Source: a virus (lineage: Duplodnaviria; Caudoviricetes). Taken from it: DNA of 64,000 nt. The notes below the pieces were generated by a model. It worked only from the letters and a program-made list of their open reading frames with translations. It searched no databases and was not told the DNA's origin. A program made the position numbers and the translations under genes. This document shows positions 59,041 to 64,000 of the stretch, piece after piece (within the stretch, counting starts at the first letter, position 1; every line of letters starts with the position of its first letter). The stretch is from positions 64,001 through 128,000 of IMG/VR virus record IMGVR_UViG_3300028591_005215; one strand, written 5' to 3'.

Positions 59041-60159
59041 TTATTTTTCGGCTTTAGCATTTTTATCCTCAACAACTTTAACAAGTTGTTCCATTTCAAC
59101 TTTCCTGTTTGAAATAACACCATCAAGGTATTCTGTAAATTCTTTCTTCGTTGTTTCATAAGGATAAAGTTCATTAGCTTTTTTAACTTCATCGTAAATC
59201 TTAGAAGGTACAGTATCAGTGAGCCAAGAACGTACTGCACTTGCTATTACCTTTTGAACGTTCTTTATATCGTCAAACCAAATACAACAATTTCTTAAAT
59301 TCCCAAAGCTATTATCGTCATCATCATACATCCAATCCAATGGTGCATCAGGTATTTTAGCAATCACAATAGACCCACTTTTAACTGCTTCAAGTGCGCT
59401 ATATCCAAAACTTGTATCATTATCAATCCAAATTGTGATAGCACTATCTCGCAAAGATTGTGCGAACTGTTCTTTTGGCAAACCCCTCAAATCTCTAAAT
59501 GAAACCCATTTAAATGATGGATATTTCCAATAAAATGGTTTAACAATTCTATTGATATCAGATTGGTCAGAAGCAACAATATTAACAATCATCTTTTTTG
59601 GTGCAATTGTATTCCCAAACATTTTATCAACATATGGTGTAATTACTTTAGTCTTTACATATGGAAAAATATCCTTCAAAAGTTCTGCGTTATGATTTGT
59701 ATTTGTAATAGCTTCCATAATACCAAAATCACCCCACTGTGCTGCAAATGGCATTTGCTCAATAAGATAATCATAATTTTGCAAAATAGCGATTCTCTTA
59801 CAAGGTAATTTCTTTGTTTGGTTCATTACATTAGCAAAAATTTCAGGAATAAACAAAATGTCTGAAGGTGCAATTTCTACATCATCTTTTGCAATATTAT
59901 AATGAGGAATACTTGAATAATCTTCGCCAAGCCAATCTTTTACTCCAACGAATTCATCATTTTTATCTTCCTGATAAAGCATTGAAACTTTATACCCTTC
60001 TGAACTTGCAATTTTAGCTAATTTGTATATATATTCAAGGCTTCCGCTAGGATTACCTTTAGTATCAAGAACGAAAAAGAAAACGTTATTTTCTTTCTTA
60101 TCAATCTTTGATATTTCACTTTTAATCCTTTTTAAAGCTTTTTCTTCTTTCTTATCCAT
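59041..60159 (-). CDS. GT-B type glycosyltransferase
   Basis: FIPEIF; SFGYSALEAVKSGSIVI (GT4-like ExxxxG). Confidence 0.7.
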   Translation of the reverse strand: MDKKEEKALKRIKSEISKIDKKENNVFFFVLDTKGNPSGSLEYIYKLAKIASSEGYKVSMLYQEDKNDEFVGVKDWLGEDYSSIPHYNIAKDDVEIAPSDILFIPEIFANVMNQTKKLPCKRIAILQNYDYLIEQMPFAAQWGDFGIMEAITNTNHNAELLKDIFPYVKTKVITPYVDKMFGNTIAPKKMIVNIVASDQSDINRIVKPFYWKYPSFKWVSFRDLRGLPKEQFAQSLRDSAITIWIDNDTSFGYSALEAVKSGSIVIAKIPDAPLDWMYDDDDNSFGNLRNCCIWFDDIKNVQKVIASAVRSWLTDTVPSKIYDEVKKANELYPYETTKKEFTEYLDGVISNRKVEMEQLVKVVEDKNAKAEK

Positions 60160-60169
60160 TTTAAAATTA

Positions 60170-60541
60170 TTACTGATTTATTTCTTTAATTAATCCATAA
60201 TTCACCATAGTATTTAATACCATTCTTTCACCAAGTGACATAGGTGTAATTGATGTATCAAATTCAATATTATCTAATGTTTGCATAAATGTTTTTAGCA
60301 AATCATAACGAATAGTCTGTTTTCCAGAAAAATCACTTCCTTTAACTTCATGAACAACCTTACTTAAAAGTTCCTGTTTTCCTTCATCATTAACACCCCA
60401 AGTTTCAGTAATTTCACTATCACGTGTCTTGTTCAGGTCAACATCTTCTTCAAAAACAAATTTTTTAATTTCATTTAAATCGAAAACCAAGTTTTCATTA
60501 ATTTTATTGTTTTCTTCCATTATACTACTTTTTAAGCTCAA
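60170..60541 (-). CDS. Hypothetical protein
   Basis: ORF in operon. Confidence 0.65.
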   Translation of the reverse strand: MSLKSSIMEENNKINENLVFDLNEIKKFVFEEDVDLNKTRDSEITETWGVNDEGKQELLSKVVHEVKGSDFSGKQTIRYDLLKTFMQTLDNIEFDTSITPMSLGERMVLNTMVNYGLIKEINQ

Positions 60542-61151
60542 TTAATTTATCAAGAAAATTTTCGTCATTTATAACACTTTCCATATCCGAATAAATGATG
60601 TCATCCTTTAACCCATCAATAGTTTCATCCTTTTCAAGCTTCCAATTTGTTGCAATTTTAACAGGTATTTTACCATCCTTCTTAGCCCATTTAATTACGT
60701 CATAATTAGAAGAAATAATTACATCACATTTATTTGACATTTCTTCGATATTTTTAGGGAATATAACCTCACGAACTCTGGTTCCTAATTTACTCAGAAA
60801 AAAATATGTTGACTGTATAGTCAAAGCTTCTTCATTCAGACTATAGTAAATCACCCTAAATTCTTCATCTTCCCTATTTGTCATTTCTTCCATCCAATTT
60901 GTAATGTCTCTTGGTAGATTTTTATCCATTGCTTTAGCACACCCAAAAATTTCATATGGATAATCAATATAGATGAATTCATTTAATTCTTTTTTACTAT
61001 CAAATTTGATATACTTGCTCAAAACATTTTCAGACTTTTCATCAATATCTTCAATGTCAAGTTCTTCATTATAATCTCGTTGATAATATTTTAACAACTG
61101 TTTGTTTATGTTCCTTATTACGTGATTTAATTCAATCGCTATAGTAATCAT
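60525..61151 (-). CDS. HAD-fold / 5'(3')-nucleotidase-like protein (degenerate)
   Basis: IAIELNHVIRN at the DxDxV position; EIFG, TYFFLSK. Confidence 0.45.
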   Translation of the reverse strand: MITIAIELNHVIRNINKQLLKYYQRDYNEELDIEDIDEKSENVLSKYIKFDSKKELNEFIYIDYPYEIFGCAKAMDKNLPRDITNWMEEMTNREDEEFRVIYYSLNEEALTIQSTYFFLSKLGTRVREVIFPKNIEEMSNKCDVIISSNYDVIKWAKKDGKIPVKIATNWKLEKDETIDGLKDDIIYSDMESVINDENFLDKLIELKK

Positions 61152-61178
61152 TACATTATTTATTTCTTATAAAATATA

Positions 61179-62207
61179 TTATTTATTCCGACCAAGTAAA
61201 TATTCTGGTAAACATTTTTTGCAAATACATTTTCCATAAGTATATTTCGTTACATCAGCATCATACACATTCATTTCATCACCACAAATTTCACACTTGG
61301 CAACTCTTGTCACCCCACCTGTTATATCAACTGAAACGTTTTTACGTTCTTTATTCTGATATTTTTTTTCCATAGATTCATCAAAAAATTTGTTTCTCAA
61401 ATTATTGATTGTATATCCTTCCCAATTGAATGTTAGCCTAATTTCAGCATTGCTTTCTTCGCATTTAGTCAAAAAAGGTTTATAAAATCCGTATACTATC
61501 AAGTCAGGTTCATCGTTAGTTGCCTTGTATGTCGTGAAATTTAATGTTATCATAGAAGACGCTAATTCATTATGCCTATAAACTGATTCAACAATTTTTC
61601 TATCAGAAAACAATTTTGTGTTTTCGTAAATTGTAATAAGTTTTTTTAATTCATTGATGAATGGTGCTGATTTTTTATTATACCCATCAGGAATATTACT
61701 AAAGTGTAAAGTAGTAAATATTTCATTAGTTTCTTTGTTTATATCCACGTCAATTTGTGTTGCAAATTGTTCTAATTTAAAAATAACAAGAGGGTTATTG
61801 TATGCTATCTGTAATGTATAATTTTCCACACCATAAGACCCAATTCTTTTCAGTTCTTCCAACACATCAGATGTGATTAATTTGCATTCCTGTGAAAACT
61901 TAATATGATTGGTTCTCTTATTTTCTTCTTTTTTCAAAACCGTACCATTACCAACGTATTCATACTTTTTAGCTTCATCATCAACTTTATAGGTTCTATA
62001 ACGTAATTCTTTTACTGATTGTGTTAATTCACCTTTTAGTAAATGTTTTGCAACCCTTTCATCAGAAACTTCTTTTTCAATTTCCTGCCCATCACCGTTA
62101 CTTGAATTTGAAGTCATTATTTCTTCGTTGGCAGCTTTCATACCAAAAGGTAATGCGTAAAAAAGCTTATACGCAATATCTTTTATTTTATTCATCATAT
62201 ATTTCAA
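61179..62207 (-). CDS. Hypothetical protein with C-terminal Zn finger
   Basis: CEIC...CKKC at the C-terminus. Confidence 0.65.
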   Translation of the reverse strand: MKYMMNKIKDIAYKLFYALPFGMKAANEEIMTSNSSNGDGQEIEKEVSDERVAKHLLKGELTQSVKELRYRTYKVDDEAKKYEYVGNGTVLKKEENKRTNHIKFSQECKLITSDVLEELKRIGSYGVENYTLQIAYNNPLVIFKLEQFATQIDVDINKETNEIFTTLHFSNIPDGYNKKSAPFINELKKLITIYENTKLFSDRKIVESVYRHNELASSMITLNFTTYKATNDEPDLIVYGFYKPFLTKCEESNAEIRLTFNWEGYTINNLRNKFFDESMEKKYQNKERKNVSVDITGGVTRVAKCEICGDEMNVYDADVTKYTYGKCICKKCLPEYLLGRNK

Positions 62208-62466
62208 AAAGTTTTTCTTTAATTATGTTTCTTAACACGTTAAGTAATGAAACGAATTTACCTCTTTCGTTATACAAATGCTGTGTATCGATATCCATTC
62301 TTTGAAATTGTGGGTCAGCACTCATTGTTGCATAATTTGTTAAATCCTTAGCATAGCTTTCGCACATAGCTTCAGTTGCAGACATCAATTCAATTAATTC
62401 AGTTAATGTCTTTTTTCTTAATTTTTCTACATTCATAATTCTTTTTATTTTATTTAATGTTAACAA
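62188..62466 (-). CDS. Hypothetical protein
   Basis: ORF in operon. Confidence 0.55.
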   Translation of the reverse strand: MLTLNKIKRIMNVEKLRKKTLTELIELMSATEAMCESYAKDLTNYATMSADPQFQRMDIDTQHLYNERGKFVSLLNVLRNIIKEKLFEIYDE

Positions 62467-62477
62467 AATCTATGCCA

Positions 62478-63167
62478 TTATTTTTTCATTTTAATTGGCA
62501 ACTTATCTTTATATTTTTTAATTATAATATCCCTGTTTGCATACCATTCATCTTTTAACTCGCCAACTGAATTATGCGCAAGTCTAATATTAGTAGTTAC
62601 ACCTATTTTTGTTTTTCCGTCAATATAGTTAGCTAAGCAAAAATCAATATCATAAAAGTTGAATCCAGATATATCAGCATCAAAATTTTTACTTATTCTT
62701 TTTTTATGTATTGCCATGAAAAGACCATCAATTACACATACTTCTTCTAAGTCATTTTTAATTAATGGCGAAAATGCCGTTAGCCAAGATTTTCCATTAT
62801 TCCTATGCAATACTTGGCCATATTTTTTTTCATACTGCCACCAAGCGCCATTTTCATCAAATTCGGCAGACCCTGCTACACCAATTATTCCATAATCTTC
62901 ATGTTCATTGAATAATCTTAATATTTCTTTGCCCCATCCTTCTTTTAAAAATTCAACATCATCATGAACAAAAACTATAATATTGCTTTCAACTTTTTCA
63001 GACTTAACCATATCTTCATAAATTTGTGTTAGCCCAACCCCATCAGGATTAATCAGAAAAAATATATGTGAATTACATCCACAAGTGTTTTTCATGTGTT
63101 GTATAAAATCTTTTTTGTCATCGCTTGTTTCTCTTGAACAAACAACTACTGAAATACTGTCTTCCAT
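62478..63167 (-). CDS. Glycosyltransferase (GT-A, GT2-like)
   Basis: VFVHDDV, IIGVAG, IDGLFM, FNFYDIDFC. Confidence 0.8.
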   Translation of the reverse strand: MEDSISVVVCSRETSDDKKDFIQHMKNTCGCNSHIFFLINPDGVGLTQIYEDMVKSEKVESNIIVFVHDDVEFLKEGWGKEILRLFNEHEDYGIIGVAGSAEFDENGAWWQYEKKYGQVLHRNNGKSWLTAFSPLIKNDLEEVCVIDGLFMAIHKKRISKNFDADISGFNFYDIDFCLANYIDGKTKIGVTTNIRLAHNSVGELKDEWYANRDIIIKKYKDKLPIKMKK

Positions 63168-63245
63168 TTTTTTTAATTTGTATAAAAAATAAAAAAAAAT
63201 ACAGGTAAATCAATAATGATAAACCTGTATTTTTTTTATAACTAC

Positions 63246-64000
63246 TTACTTATTAATAGATTCGTAAGAAGCCTTAGATATGACAATTGTTTCTGAATTT
63301 TTTAAATCATCCAACGTCCTTGAATTAGTATATGACATTGCTGAACGTAAATAATCAGAAAGATTTTCAGTCCATTGTGGTAAATTATATTTTATTTTAA
63401 TAAATTTAGAAATACCTTCAGATGTGTGTGTTTTTTCACCATTTAAATCAATTTGACCTTCTTTTGAAGCCATCCCATAAAACTTTTTATATAACCTACC
63501 TTTTAGTTCTTTGTTACCTGCTAAATAACTGTCGATTTCGTTTTGATTAGCTCTATGATAATTGTTAGGGCTATCTTCTACCCATACCTCAGCAGAGCTC
63601 TCAACACAAGAAGAAAAAAGCCCACCAATCATAGCATAATCAGCGCCTAAAGCAATTGCCTTAATAATATCAGAATAATTTCTAATGCCACCATCTGCTA
63701 TTATTTTTGGCAAATTTCTTCTTGGACTTGTTCGATTAATCTCGTCTTTAACTTTTACAATATCATCAATTAAAGAAGCAACTGGGTAATGTATTGCAGT
63801 ATTTGAACTTGTTATACAACCCGCACCAGTTCCAATATTAATCCTAACGTAATCAGCACCTGCTTCAGCTAAAACTTTATAAGTTAATGGATTCGCTATA
63901 TTACCTACCATTATCTCAGTTTTTGTATTAGCATATAATGTTTTAAATGATTTAACCAAATCAATCATTTTATGCATATGACCGTTAGCAATATCAATTA
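63246..64000 (-). CDS. guaC: GMP reductase / IMPDH family (5' partial)
   Basis: LIDIANGH at the edge, MVGNIA, IGTGAGCIT, IIADGGI, FYGMAS, SEG, LRSAMSY. Confidence 0.85.
   Translation of the reverse strand, partial: IDIANGHMHKMIDLVKSFKTLYANTKTEIMVGNIANPLTYKVLAEAGADYVRINIGTGAGCITSSNTAIHYPVASLIDDIVKVKDEINRTSPRRNLPKIIADGGIRNYSDIIKAIALGADYAMIGGLFSSCVESSAEVWVEDSPNNYHRANQNEIDSYLAGNKELKGRLYKKFYGMASKEGQIDLNGEKTHTSEGISKFIKIKYNLPQWTENLSDYLRSAMSYTNSRTLDDLKNSETIVISKASYESINK

Noticed and set aside
1-64000. Alternative genetic code (TAG read as Gln, as in Lak megaphages)
   Set aside because: Long structural genes are intact in the standard code and coding density is high; TAG appears only as an occasional plausible stop (2612, 31679)
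1-64000. tRNA or rRNA genes
   Set aside because: No cloverleaf with T-loop and acceptor stem found by eye; the 2529-2601 element lacks tRNA geometry. A tRNAscan-SE run would be decisive

Overview
A 64 kb, very AT-rich segment of a T4-like (myovirus) jumbo phage genome read in the standard genetic code. The host is probably a Bacteroidetes species, inferred from TATATTTG -7 promoter boxes and A-rich leaders lacking Shine-Dalgarno sites. It holds the head module (intein-containing terminase and portal, gp21-like protease, acidic scaffolds, gp23-like major capsid protein), a set of modular fibre/adhesin genes, baseplate genes, a gp55-like late sigma factor, thyA, phoH, a partial GMP reductase/IMPDH, glycosyltransferases and five free-standing endonuclease genes. 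Highlights: (1) a ClpC-like gene fractured by an atypically split intein with a Vsr-like endonuclease gene between the halves; (2) two tandem mini-genes in an early operon that each resemble one conserved segment of the phage's own major capsid protein, one being the T4 Gol-peptide region, so possible immune decoys; (3) a family of late proteins with a shared MKK(I/L)I..E leader and internal (I/L/V)xE linkers, suggesting head-packaged polyproteins, including an ART plus nucleotidyltransferase fusion; (4) a -1 slippery site joining two head-core ORFs; (5) a Pro-1/Cys-F4 class-3-like portal intein; (6) a candidate late promoter ATATTTAT; (7) a structured RNA leader on a lytic transglycosylase gene. 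All family assignments come from motif recognition by eye, not database searches.
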